Source: the human T2T-CHM13v2.0 reference genome, Homo sapiens. Taken from it: DNA of 64,000 nucleotides. The DNA lies in the NCBI RefSeq assembly GCF_009914755.1, contig NC_060927.1; one strand, written 5' to 3'. The notes beneath the pieces are model-generated. The model was not told the origin of the DNA. It worked only from the letters and a program-made list of their open reading frames with translations, and ran no database searches. The translations under genes were made by a program, and so were the position numbers. Each line of letters opens with the position of its first letter. Position 1 is the stretch's first letter. Shown here in pieces: positions 30,987 through 44,728 of the stretch.

Positions 30987-31774
30987 TCTGCAGACAATAT
31001 GTCTCAGAGTCCTGGTGCTGATCAGACAGCACGTTTCTGGGGCTCAATATAGGCGAGCCAGAGATAATGCCCACAGAAAAGGGAATTGTAATTAGGAGAG
31101 GACGATCTTTGGCAGTATGCATTTGTGAGCAGACACTCCTGAAAGGACAGGGCTGAGGGTACCTTATGGTTCTGTTTCTCCCTTAGGATGGCAGCATCTG
31201 ATAACCAGATACAAAACCTGAGAGGAAATTTTTAAGCTGTGACTAGTCTGATTCCCAGCTGGCCAGCTGAGCCACCCTACTTCTGTGTTTTCTGGTGCAA
31301 AGAACAAGGTTCTACCGAGTGACCTTAGACTTGGCTTCTGGATAAAATTGTCAGAGAGCTCCTAGCATTTTGCCTGAGCCATCACAGGGAACCTGGGTTT
31401 GGAATCTCAACCACTCATGGCAAAGTTATTTTCATTCCCCTTGCTCTCACCTGCCCCCATGGGAATCTTCCATAGGAGAAATGTTCTAACTGGGCTCATT
31501 AGAAAATATAGTTCATGATTTTGTAAGAATCAACCGTAAAAGAAGGGTGACCTTTGAAATCCTTTGCTGGCTCATTTAAAATGCATTGAAGAGGGGAATT
31601 TCTTTTGAGCATCATCAATGCAGTTTGGTTTTAAAGTGTTCCAGGAGTCAGGCCCTCTCTCTGGGCTCCCCAAGGACTTACTCCTGCTGACCCAGAAGAG
31701 GTTAGCTTTACCATCCCCTCCCAGTTTACTACATTCCACCTAAACTTCCACTGTACTTTTGGAGAATTGCAGTC

Positions 31775-31890
31775 ATGAGACCAGCAGTCTTGGCATCACT
31801 TGGGAATTTGCTGTTTATCTCAGGTTGTAACTCAGATCTCCTGAATCAGAATCTGTATTTTAACAAGATTCCCAAGTTATTCATATAAAC
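31775..31890. mobile_element. MER5-like fragment
   Basis: GGCATCACTTGGGAA...GAATCAGAATCTGTATTTTAACAAGATTCCC. Confidence 0.7.
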
Positions 31891-32649
31891 TAATCTATAA
31901 AGTTTTGTTTTTTACTCTAAAAGTTGTTCTCTAGGAACTGTGAGTCCAAGTGGATGGCAGATTTCCTCTCTCAGTCTGATTCTGAATTTTTAGAATGTGG
32001 ACATTCTGTTAGCTGAGCTCCAAGGCACTGTTGCAGCTCAAAAATGTTGTGATGGCCCAGACTTCTGTAGCCAAAGAGTTCCCAAACAGTCCTACCAATA
32101 CACCTAGGCAGAGATGTTTGAGCTGCTCTACCAATGATATTTCATACACTCTCAGTTGACCATCAGGCTCTTTGCCTGACCTGTCCCACTGAGAAAGAAG
32201 ATTTCCTGTTAACCGCCACTCTATTTTGGCTGTGACAGGTTGTCACTTATTTGATCTGACTTCTTCCATCAATCAGCAGTTTCTCAGTCCAGTTGCCATG
32301 TCTCTCAGGGCATGTGAGTTAATCTACTTCTCGGTCCTCTACTTTTATTGGGACTGACATCATCTCAATATACTCTTAAAAGTGATCCCAAGTTTCTAGG
32401 TTGAGGCCCAGCTTCAAAAACCTCATTCCAGGGTTCATGAATGCCTGGATCTATTCATCTGAATGTTTGCACAAGTTTTAAGATCACCATAGTGTGAGGT
32501 TTATTCCCCTAACCTCTCTATTTAGCTAGAAGGCAGTAGGCTGTGCCTGTACCCACCAAGCAGGTGGCATTGTCATACAGACCTCAACCAGAAAGGGCTG
32601 GTGCCCTGGTTGATGATGGGCTCATCAAAGAGGTGTAAAGTTTCAGAAT

Positions 32650-32955
32650 GAAGGGGGTTACAAAAGCAAATGTCAACAGAGGCCATAAGCAATGGGGCTG
32701 GGGCCTATTGACACAGGACCTGGGAGACTGCTGTGACCACAGGTGAGGGTGGGAGGACAGCAGATGCAGATTCCAGATGGTTTTTCCCAGGAATAAGGGC
32801 ATGCCCAGGGCCTTTACATGATCGGATCTTTTTCAAAGGGAGTCTGAAATCTGGCTTATGACATCTTCCTGTCTTTAAAATATTGGTGATAATTCAATTT
32901 TCTTTCTTAAACACACTAAGCAGGCAAAAAGAAAAACATCTGCAGGGTGGAGATG
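32650..32955. mobile_element. MER102-like hAT fragment (second piece near 33495-33630)
   Basis: TTTTCAAAGGGAGTCTGAAATCTGG...AAAAACATCTGCAGG resembles remembered MER102 sequence; diverged. Confidence 0.45.
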
Positions 32956-34294
32956 CTCGGGTAGGGACAAATCAGTCCTCATGTCTTGATTGAGCCTCTT
33001 CCAGAGCTCCAGCACCTTGTGTTTTTCAAAGTTCAGTTTCTGGATCTGCAGTGGCAGAATTGTACAGAATGACCATATGCCATTCCTAGTCCCTGCCCAG
33101 GACAGCCAGAACCCAAATTCTGTAGATGATTCCTGGGAATTTGTCCTTCATTGTGCTTCTGAGGGTGCAGAAGTGTGATTGTTATAAAGCCAGGTGATAC
33201 GCAAAATACCAAGAGATGTAAAAGCATAACCTCACCTTAGGGCCCGAGAATCTACTAAAGAAAATATGATTATTATATATGAAGTGGTACATTTAAAAAC
33301 CAGCATGATGAGAGTACGTGTGTAGAATCTGGCCCAGGACTGGGGATCACTCAGATCAATTGCCTTAAGCACTAGGCAATGACCAGTTTCCTTGGAATTT
33401 TGAAGGGGGCTGACCTTTAGTTTGGAGGTCAGCCTTCAAGGACTAGTCTTGAGCTAATTGAATTTCTAAGCACAGGCATATAGATGTGGTTTGAATACTC
33501 AAATACCTCAGGTGGCAGGCAGATACATGAGGGAGGGAAGCAGGCCAATGTGAGATGGAGTAAGACGTGGAGTAGGCTGTGGAAAATTGGAACGTTCCTG
33601 GCCCTGCTAGAAGGGGCAACTAATTCTCCAGAGAAAAATAATTACTAGAGACCTAAACTAGGTATATTAAACAAAATACAGCTGTGAACTGCTAATTGAC
33701 AACTATTTAGATTAATTTTATTAGAGGCTCAGAGATAGAGAGCTACATCTGCTTTTGACTTTGCTGCTATTTGAACAGGTCACTTCCACCTTGCAGGTTC
33801 TTAGATTCTTCATATGTCAAATGAAAAAATGGCCCAGATGCACAAAAGCTCTAGCACTCTTGTTCTTTCTGTCCTGCAGGGCACTTGTGTTAGATAGTAG
33901 TCCTCCCACTGAGCTTTGGCCAGTAAAGAGCACCAATAACAACAGTAGAATAATGACCAGTGTTCACAGAGTTGTTGCAGTGTGCAAGACATTGGGGTGG
34001 GTGGTTTTTCTTCTAGAAAATAAGAGCAAGAGAGGAAGACAGGCAGGCAAGAACAAGCATGGTATGTGCACAGACAAAAGGAAGCCAGAGAAATAGAGCT
34101 GAGTTTCTCTTTGGTTAATGCTCAATAAAAGTCAATTGTTTTTTTCTAATGATTATTTAATCTTGCAGTAAATGGGCAAAAGTCATTCATATGTTCATTA
34201 AACACATTTATTGAATACGTATTATATGCTAGTGATTGGTAACTGTTAACTTGTCTCAGACCAATACCCATAGGCAGACCTTCCAAAAAGAGGA

Positions 34295-34749
34295 TTGGCC
34301 TCTGTGTTTTCTGTTGCTATAATAGAATACCAAAAACTGGGTAATTTAAAAACAATGGATTTTTTTTTTTGGCTCATGATTCTGGAGACTGGGAAGTTCA
34401 AGATCAAGGGGTTGCATCTGGTGAGGCCCTTCTTGCTGCATCATATCATGTTGGAAGAGCAAAGAGAGGATGAGAGGCCAAGGGGAACCAAATGCATCCT
34501 TTTATAAGGAGCCTGCTTCAGCAGTAACTAACCCACTCCTGTAATAACTAATCTACTCCAGCAATAACTAACCCAACTAACCCACTGCAGCAACAACTAA
34601 CTGACTCCTGCAATAATGGTATTAATCCATTTATGAGAGCGGAGCCCTCATACCTAATCACCACTTAAAAGTCTGACCTCTCAACATTGAGGCTTTGGGG
34701 ATTAAGTTTCCAACATGTAAAATTTGGGGAACACATTCAAATCACAGCA
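34295..34749 (-). mobile_element. MaLR solo LTR (MST family) with internal 20-bp tandem repeat
   Basis: TGTTGCTATAATAGAATACC...GGCTCATGATTCTGGAG...CACATTCAAATCACAGCA. Confidence 0.85.
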
Positions 34750-34806
34750 GCTGCCAGTACTCTGTAGAAACTGGCCACTGCCAAGTGCTTTAAGAAGCAA
34801 TCCTGG

Positions 34807-35216
<410 letters not shown>

Positions 35217-35440
35217 TCAAGCAGGAACTATGAAGTGACAAATTCGGTCTCAAGCTTTTCTTATTATAGATCCACAACTGTAAGGCTTGAAATTAAGCTT
35301 CCAGATCAGGGAAGGAGCTATAAACCCTGAGCCAGTTTTAGGGATTGGCACTGAGACTCCAACTTACCATATTGCTACTGTATTCTGGCCCCAGGTTATG
35401 CCAGGGGAGGGGTGAGTGCTTCCCTAACTATTTGGCTTTA

Positions 35441-36441
35441 AATGAAAAAACTAATTTTTTTTTCTCTCTCCATTTTCACACGTTTCTCAGCACAACACTT
35501 CTGATATCACATGTGTGTTTTGCAGGGGGCTTGGGGAGCAGGTTCCCACACACCAGGTAGTTATCCAGTAGACACCAACTATGTGTCCTATAACTCAATT
35601 CTGACATTTTCTACTGGGAGATATCATCAGATTCCACAGATTATGGGCTCAGTCCCACAAGACTGTCCCCCACTTCAGATGCCAATAGCAAGTACTAGGT
35701 TGTCACCTAAACTTCTGATTGACCAGCTATAAATCAGGGGTTCTCATGACACCCTCCTTCGGTTCATTTAATTTGTTGGGATGGCTTAGTGAACTCAGGG
35801 AAACACTTTACTTGGGTTTACTGGCTTATAATTAATGACAGAGTAAAGGATATAGATATGAATAGCCAGATTGAGGGGATATATAGGGCAAAGTATATGG
35901 GAAGGGGCCTGGAGCTTCCATACCCACTCTGGATAAGCTGCTCTCCAGGAACTTCCACATGCTCAGCTTTCTGTAAGCTCCCTGTTCTTTTGGGTTTCAT
36001 GGAGACTTTGTTAAGTAGGCATGATTGATCAAACCACTGGCTATTGGTGATCAACTCAACTTTCAATCCTTTCCCCTCCCCAGATGTCAGGGTTTGGGGC
36101 TGAAAATTCCAACCCCCTAATAACATGGTTGGTTTCCCTAGCAACCAACCCCAATCCTGAGGCTATCCAGGAGCCAACCGAGAGTCACCTCATCAGAACA
36201 AAAGATGCTCCTATAACCCAGAAAATTCTAAGGGATTTAGGGGCTCTGTGTTAGATGCTTCCTATCACTCTGAAAATTACAAAGGTGGTCTTAGGATCTC
36301 TGCATCAGGAACTGGGGTCAAAGACCCAATACCAGAACAAAAGATTCTCCTGGTATCTCTATATATGAAGGTCTTAGGAGCTGTGTCTTTGGAACTGGGT
36401 CAGGAATCAAATACATATTTCTTACTATATCACAAGACCAC
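35441..36441 (-). mobile_element. MER21 family solo LTR (~1 kb)
   Basis: GGGCTCAGTCCCACAAGACTGTCCCCCACTTCAGATGCCAAT, GAACTCAGGGAAACACTTTAC, ends TATATCACAAGACCACA. Confidence 0.85.
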
Positions 36442-37589
36442 AGCAGCTTAAAAGCCACATAGCCTGTAAGTCAGGGTCCTCCTACCGGGGTCTGAGCTCT
36501 AAATTGCTGTGGCTCTGAGTGCTGCTCCAGAATGCAATGGGCAATGAGTATCTACGTACCTGTTTCTGCTCCCCTGTCCATGAATTTTCCCCAGTGAACA
36601 CTGCTCAAGCCAGCCTTGTGTATCTGACGTTGACCATCTTGCTTGCATGACTGCCAGGAGCTGGAACCGCAACAGAGAACAAGTCAAAGTCCCTGCCCAC
36701 CTGAGGTTTACATTCCAGTGGAGAGACTGAAAATACACAAGTGAGCAAAGAAACATGCAGCAGACTGCAGGTGATTGTAGGGTATGAGAGAGACTGATGA
36801 AGGCTGGGAGGAAGAGGCTTTCTAAATACCATGGCCAGGAGAGACCTCCTTGCTGAGGGGGTAAATGAGACCAGAATGAATTTAGGGATGCAAGCCACAG
36901 GCACTATGGAGGAAGAGGAATACCGGAGGAGGGGAACAGTGCCTGCAGATATGTGAGAGGCTATCTGTGTGCAGCATATGATGTGTGGTTTCCAACTGGA
37001 AATGAGGACTGTGGGTTATTTCTTCATTTCTCAAATACTTTGAACAATTATTGTGTGCAAGGTGCTGGAAACACAGCTATGATAACCCACAGGCCCTGCC
37101 CTCAAGGAGGTTACCCTCTGGGTAGGAGTTGATGTATATGTGGGGAGTAGAGGAGTGAGGTAAAGAACTGAAGAGGCAATGACACTGCAAAGTGACCAGT
37201 GCTGAGATGGGATAGAGAGGATTGTGGGAACAGGGGATAGCAGGGAGGAGCCACTGAGGAGGCGGGAGCTGCCAGACAGCTTAATTTATCTCGCTCATGA
37301 TCAGTATAGCTTCAACAAACAGCAATGTTTTTACTGTTTATTTTTAGTTTATCATAAAGCTAAACATGTTTTTTTTAAGTTCATGTCCATCCTACATTTA
37401 AGGCTTTCAGTTAGCCTTTATTTTTAGATTAAGATGTTATAGTTGATGGTTCTAGTACCTTTCATATGCAAAACAAAATGCTCAATATGAGAGGGAGGGA
37501 ACTTTTTAATTTTGTGAGACTGAAATTTGAATATCCAAGAGCCACTGCTCCAGCCAAATGTCCTGCCAATTCTGTCCTTATCAAAGGAA

Positions 37590-37810
37590 GCTTATATTTA
37601 TTGAGCACTTACTACATACAAGACACTTGTCTAAGTACTTCCATGTGCTTTGTGGATCTTCAAGCTAACCCTGTGAAGAAGGGTAGATTATCATCCCCAT
37701 TTTATAGATGAGGAAAATGAGGCACAGAGAGGTAAGGAAACTTGCCCGTGGTTATGCAACTAGTAAGTGTCAGAGCTGGGATTTGATAGGGAAATTCCAG
37801 AACTCATGTT
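37590..37810 (-). mobile_element. MIR SINE
   Basis: ATTTATTGAGCACTTACTA...CCCCATTTTATAGATGAGGAAAATGAGGCACAGAGAGG. Confidence 0.85.
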
Positions 37811-38424
37811 CTTATCTTCCTCTTCCCCACAAAAAAAACAACCAGCAACTTTTGGAATATTAGAAGTCAAAGCTTTGATTATCATCTATAGCTCTTTTTC
37901 TTTCTCCCCTCCCCAGTACTGGCTTTGGAAACTCTTGGATAAAAATTACCCTAGAACCGAAGAGAAGAAGGAACCCATAGATAGGCAAAGATTCTTGGAC
38001 ATTCCCCTGAGAAATAAAAATGCTTTGCCAGCGAGCTCACTGTGCATATTTGCTGCTCCACGGATGCGTCCCAGTTGGGCCAACTTCTGTTCTTGGCTGT
38101 TTGAATATATCCTGGCAGCTCAGAGGTGTAATTTCTCCAAATGCCGCATTCCTGCTGAGCCCATGGGATGAATTGTGCAATTTCGGGTGAGCACTTTTTT
38201 AAACTCTAGCAGTGCTTGTAGTTTCCTTCCTCCTACTTTCTCTGCAGGCTCCACATGGAAGATTGAGGGCTGAGTGGTTGCTGGGGCCAGGGGTACAGAA
38301 GGTGGAGTGCTGGGATGAAGAGACGGAGAAAGGCAGGAGAGGGAGAGGAGGGTGGCAGCATCAGCTGCCCAGGCAAATGCCAGAGCCCCACTTTGAGAAT
38401 TGAGATCATCTTTAATTTCCTGGA

Positions 38425-38770
38425 GTGTTCATTCATTCATGCATCCACTTGTAAAAATATTTTTGCATTATTTGCTTTATGCCAGATACAATTTGGGAGT
38501 GGGAAACAGAAATACAGGGACAGGTGGAATCTCAGCTGTTAGGAAGGCAAGTCTATCTTATGATGAGCATACATAATGGGGGACAGGGTTAAAACAATCA
38601 AGGAGACCAGGGACATCTTCTTGGGGGGCACACTGAATTGAGCAGAAGTATGAAGGCAGAAAGGGGTTAATTCAGTACAGAGGAGAGGAAAGAGTGTCCG
38701 AGGCCGGGGGCGGGGAGGCGGGCAGCCTATGAAAAGTTTCTGGGACAGGCAGGAGGGTACCTGAATATAT
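38425..38770 (-). mobile_element. L2 3' fragment
   Basis: TTCATTCATTCAT start followed by diverged purine-rich L2 body. Confidence 0.55.
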
Positions 38771-39513
38771 GAAGAATTCAAAAGCAACCAATCTCCTCCC
38801 CACTCCATTTATGAGTGCTGACTGTGTGCTGGCCCAGGCTTTGGACTTTATAACATCATGATAAAGCTTGCCGGGATTTCAGATTTTCAAACAAACAAAC
38901 AAAAAAACATTTTAAGAAGCTAAATAATTTTTCCACAGCCACATAAGTAATGCATAGTGGCATGGAAATTCAAGTCCAGGTTTGTGTGATTCCAAAGAAG
39001 GGCTTCTTGACCACCACTTTATATTGTTTTCCTAGAAATCTCTCATCATTTGCAGAGACCTATGTACCCTATGCATACTTCTGTCCTGGTTCTAACATTG
39101 AAAATGTGAGTAGATTGATTTCCTATAGAATAAATAGAAAGTAAAGATAAAAAATAAAGTCACAATATCTAAAACTGTGGAAGTGATGCAGTTGTCCATT
39201 GAGGAATAATTGGATAAATTGTGGTGTACACATACAATGGAATATTATTCTGCCTTAAAAAAAATTCTGACACAGGCTACAACATGGATGAACTTTGAGG
39301 ACATTATGCTGAGTGTAATAAACCAGTCACAGAAAAGATAGTTTATGATTCCCTTTATATGATAAATCTAGAATAGACAAATTCATTAAAAGCAGGTGGT
39401 TTCCAGGGCTTGCAGGGAGGTGAAGACAGGGAGTTATCTAATGGGTTTAGAGTTTTAGTTTTGCAAGATGAAAGGAGTTCTGGAGATTGGGAGCACAATA
39501 ATGTGAAAGTGCT

Positions 39514-39841
39514 GTCACAAACTACATAATAGTGTTGCAGTCAGCAACGAACTGCATATACAAAGGTGATCTCATAAGACTATAATACCATATACCTTTT
39601 CTATATTTAGATATGCCGAGATACACAAATGCCGTTGTGTTACAGTTGCCTACAGTATTCAGTATAGCAACATGCTGTAGAGGTTTGTAGCCTAGGAGCA
39701 GTAGACCATCCCATCTAGCATAGGTGTGTTGTAGGCTATACCATCTAGACTTGTGTAAGTGCACTCTGATGTTCCCACAATGATGATATCCCATAACAAC
39801 ACATTTCTCAGAATATATTCCCATGTTATGACACATGACTG
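39514..39841 (-). mobile_element. Tigger3a / MER7-type element
   Basis: Ends CATTTCTCAGAATATATTCCCATGTTATGACACATGACTG; internal GCCTACAGTATTCAGTA and GGCTATACCATCTAG. Confidence 0.8.
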
Positions 39842-39887
39842 GACTTAAGATTGCTGAACTCTGCATTTCAAAATGGTTAATACGATG

Positions 39888-40193
39888 GGCCAGGTGCAGT
39901 GGCTCACACTTGTAATCCCAGCACTTTGGGAAGTCGAGGCAGGTGGATCACTTGAAGCCAGGAGTTCGAGACCAGCCTGGCCAAAACATGGTGAAACCGT
40001 ATCTCTGCTAAAAATACAAAAATTAGCTGGGCATAGTGGCACACGCCTGTAGTCCCAGCTACTCAGGAGGCTGAGGCAGGAAAATCACTTGAACCCAGGG
40101 AGTGGAGGTTTCAGTGAGCCAAGATCGTGCCACTGAACTCCAGCCTGGGTGACAGAGTGAGACCCTGTCTCCAAAAAAACAAAAACAAAAACA
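39888..40193 (+). mobile_element. AluS (Sx/Sz-like)
   Basis: Full dimer with (AAAAAC)n tail. Confidence 0.95.
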
Positions 40194-42612
40194 AGCTAAT
40201 ATGCTGCGTGTCATGTGTATTTTGTAAGTAAAAATGTTTAAGGAAAAAAAGGAAGAAAAGAAATTTTTTAATCATGCATAATTTCATCTGGAAATAACCA
40301 CTGTTTAAAAAATCAGCATGTAAAAACTTTTAGACATGTTCTATGTAAATGACACATGGGAATCTTTATATGTTTGCACATAATCGGATCACATGATACA
40401 TACTTCGGTAGCCCATTTATTTTCCCTTAGTATGTCAGAAACTTATTTCTAGGTGAGTAAATACACATTCACATTATTATTAAAGACAATATAGTAGTTC
40501 CCATCAATCAATATCCAGGACGTGCACCATGGTTCACAATTATAAACATCATCATAATCAACACACTTAGGCTCAGTACCCTCATCTGATTATTACCTTG
40601 GGATGCAGCCCCAAATTGGAATTGCTCTGTTGATTTTTGCATTTGTGAGCCCCTTAATACTCCCATCAAATGGCCCTTTTTAAAAAGTTGTACCACATTA
40701 TATTATTTCTAAGAGTTGTCCTTCTGCCTGGACCTTTACCCTTTTGTGTTTGATGTCAGCTTTACAATGTATCAGTGGTATGATCTTGGGCAAAGGGGCC
40801 TCATTTGTCCCAGATGAATATGGTGCCTATTCCACAGGCTGAGGAAGGAGTAAATGATGGAATCCTCATACAGGGCTGACAGCATACAGCAGGTGCTCAG
40901 TATGCCTTCACTATGCTGTCATTACCTTCTCCTCATTCTCCAGGAATAAGAGCTCCTCAAGAGCAGGAATACCACACCCAGCTCTGGTGCAGCCTGGTAT
41001 CTGTTGAACCAGTGTGAGCAGATCAGAACAGAGCGAGTGATGTGTGAGTGTTTGTAGAAAGCCTTAGAAAGAGAACTAAGAGAAAAGCTTATTTCCTGGA
41101 TCCAAGGGAAATGGAAATAAGCAGCATACTGTGAGGACAAATGGACACCTCTGCCTTTCTTGCTTTTACTTCCAGGTGTGTAAGCCTTTCAGTCCTGCTT
41201 TTAAATAATTTTTCATTTGCAACAAAAGGTTCCTGGCTGGGCAGGCTGGCAAGCATCCCCAAGCGGGCACAGAGGGTTCATTATTCCCAACTCCCTTATG
41301 GAGCCAGCCAGCCTGTGTCACTGCAATAGTGGGACTTTTCTGATCAATCTGAAATAAGGAGCAGGCCCAGCATGGCCATTCATGGGCAAACCCTTTTCCT
41401 CTGATAATGAAAGTCAGGATCTGAGCAGACCTGCAGTGTGAGTCCATCTGGGAAAGGCAGCTGGTGGGGTTCACGAGGATCCAGCCAGCTCTTCTAAGGG
41501 GCTTTCGCCAGATGCTCTGAGGATCACGCTGCAGGTGGGGTTGGGGATGTGTGGTGCCTTTTAGTCATCTCTCTCTCTCGAAAGATATTTGATTTCATGG
41601 AGCTTCTTTTCATCCAGAAATCATCCTGAGTTACTGACTCTGAGATACAGACTTGGCAATGGCAGTCAGAAAGGGACTCATCTGTGCTCATTTAATGGGA
41701 TTTTTTGTTCTACAGAGATCCAGAAACTTCCAGAGGCAGCGATGGTAGGAGGCAGGTTAGGGCTTGAAGAATTTGGGAGGTCAGTACTTTTCAGAAGTTC
41801 TAACATTTGATGAATGGGGATACTGAGGTCCAGAGAGAAGGAGCTTGGTGAAGGACAGATGATAATCAGCCTGGATTTTAAGTCTCTCCCTCCCTCCCTT
41901 CTTTCCTTCCCTCCTTTCCTTTCTAACTAGCATTTTGGCTCTCTTTGCATGTCAGGCATTGTGCCAGATGCTTTCCTCCATTAGTCCTTCCAACCACCTG
42001 TGCAGTAGGTTTTATTATTAGTTCCCTTTCACAGATGAGGAATGTGAGGCGCAGAGAAGCAAAATTACATGCCCAAGATCTCACAACTAATACACTGTAA
42101 AATCATTTCCTTTCTCTCCCTAGAGGTTCTATAGCCTTGATGGCAGGGGAGCAGGTTCTTATTCTCATGAAGAATCCCGAGGAAACAATCCTCTACAAGA
42201 AAGCAAAGTCAGCAGCCAGTCAGCCTGGGCACAGCAGTGCCAAGCTCAGGTCAGGAGGTCCTGTTTCATGGGCATCAGCCAGCCGTGGGCAGACCAGCTT
42301 GGCTACATAGCACAGTCCTCCTTGCAGCCCCAGCAGGAGTCTAACATATAATTATTGAAGGGCTCATGGGAACCCACAGAGCAGGGAGCAGAGCATGGGA
42401 TTGAGACCAGGGTCTCTGGAATCAAATCAAATCCCAGCTGAGCCACTCTGGAGCAATATCTTGGCATATGTTTTATAATATCTCTGAATTTCATTTTCTT
42501 TATCTCCCAAGGAGAATCATAACAGAACTTAGCTCATAGGTTCATGAGAGAATTTAAATAAAGTGATCAGTACAAAATAACACGCATGGTGGACCTAGAA
42601 AGGATTCTACAA

Positions 42613-42910
<298 letters not shown>

Positions 42911-42940
42911 GGATTCTACTATTTAGAATCCTTCTAATAG

Positions 42941-42985
42941 TATCATCATTATCATCATCATCATCAACAACAACATCATCACCAT
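42941..42985. repeat. (ATC)n/(AAC)n simple repeat
   Basis: TATCATCATTATCATCATCATCATCAACAACAACATCATC. Confidence 0.85.
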
Positions 42986-43399
42986 GACATCATAAAAGAC
43001 CATGTGGCAATGAGCCTTTGATATATTATTACCATTAGGAAATCATAGCAGGCTAGGATGACATCTGTGCAATGTTGGTGGCCTTTATTGGTGGCAGACC
43101 CTTGTAGCAACAGAGAAGACCTCACAGGAAATTTGTCTTACATACTTATTTATCCTTTTCAGCTAGAACAATTTCTGAGTCATTGTAGCTACTTATTAAA
43201 TATTTTCTGATTAATTGGATGAATGAGCAAATAAATAAATGAAAGAATTAACTACTCTCTGGCCTGGTTCAAAGGTCATTTTGCTCTAGCAAATACTCTT
43301 GGATCAGGAGATGGAAATGACAAACTACTCAAGAACAACCTGAGATTTACATCTGCAAACCCAAATACTCAAATAATATGAATACTTAATAAATGGTAA

Positions 43400-43630
43400 T
43401 CATTGCAATTTGTTGCAAGCTATGCCTATGTATTGATGGTGTACTAAGCACTTAATGTGAATTATCTCACGATACTCAACACCTTTGAGGTAGGCATTAT
43501 TATTATCCCCATTTTACAGATGGGGAAAATAAGGTTTGGTGAGGGTAAGCAGCAGTTCAAGATGATGCAGCCAAAGTAGCAGCAGATCCTGGATTGGTTC
43601 CTGGGTCTGTCTGATTCCAGGGCCTGTGCT
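43400..43630 (-). mobile_element. MIR SINE
   Basis: GAGGTAGGCATTATTATTATCCCCATTTTACAGATGGGGAAA. Confidence 0.8.
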
Positions 43631-44240
43631 TTAAAACACTACCCTCTTTAACCTCCCCCGGTCTTCACTGAGGGTCAAATGAAACCCTAAACTCAGCTTC
43701 CCTCTTTTCAGAGCAGAAGGATAGATTTTGGGAAAGATAACCATGTAATATTGGGTATCCATGGACAAATGGAGGGTCAGACAAAGATAACTTTTCAGTC
43801 CTCTAGCATCTATAGTACCTCCTCCCTGGCCAATTACAGGCCACCCCTGGCATGCCCAGAACACCACTACCTTTGCTGCCTGTACCAGCTCACTTATCAA
43901 TGTTTGTTCAGTGTCCCATTTCCTCCAATTTCCTCTGTACTCTAGTTCTCCCTAGCAACCAGTTTGAGCTAAGACATCAAAAGTGTGTTTTCCAGACAAT
44001 TCCTCCAATCTCTGGTGCTCATTGTGAGAAGGAAGACCAGACCTGAGGCCCAGGGCTCCCATCTTCCCACCCCGACTTTTAACGGAAGAGCTCAGCCTCT
44101 AACTGACCTTGGTCTACCAGTCTGGTTCCTGCACTAGATTTGAACAAAGGGTTTTTGTGAAGCAAACAAACAAGTAAATAAATAAACTTAACTACTGGCT
44201 TAATGTAATCCACAACTTAGTCATTGAAAAATACTTTTTG

Positions 44241-44538
44241 GGCCGGGCACGGTGGCTCACGCCTGTAATCCCAGCACTTTGGGAGGCCGAGGCGGGCAGA
44301 TCACGAGGTCAGGAGAACGGGACCGTCCTGGCTAACACGGTGAAACCCTGTCTCTACTAAAAAATACAAAAAGTTAACTGGGCATGGTGGCGGGTGCCTG
44401 TAGTCCCAGCTACTTGGGAAGCTGAGGCAGGAGAAGGGCATAACCTGGGAGGTGGAGCTTGCAGTGAGCCAAGATCGCGCCACTGCACTCTAGCCTGGGC
44501 GACAGAGTGAGACTCCATCTCAAAAAAAAAAAAAAAAA
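44241..44538 (+). mobile_element. AluY
   Basis: Full dimer; perfect TSD GAAAAATACTTTTTG (44226-44240 / 44539-44553). Confidence 0.97.
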
Positions 44539-44728
44539 GAAAAATACTTTTTGGTGCCTGCTCTATGCTTATTCTCAATATCAGGGATTTCAAGGCAAGG
44601 AAAGTCCTTGCCTTCATGGCTGTTATATTCAAGTGGAGAGACAGGAATTAAACTAACAAGTTGACATAGAGATAAATGAGAACAATAATGGTATGTGTTA
44701 AAGAGAGCTAAAAGCAGGCAATATGTCC

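Larger units (their letters stand above)
39175..40245 (+). mobile_element. L1MB 3' end, interrupted by Tigger3a and an Alu
   Basis: GGATAAATTGTGGTGTACACATACAATGGAATATTATTC...CATGGATGAACTTTGAGGACATTATGCTGAGT; resumes CTGAACTCTGCATTTCAAAATGGTTAA. Confidence 0.8.

Noticed and set aside
38698-38730. GC box GGGGGCGGGGAGGCGGG
   Set aside because: Isolated motif inside an L2 remnant; no CpG island or promoter context
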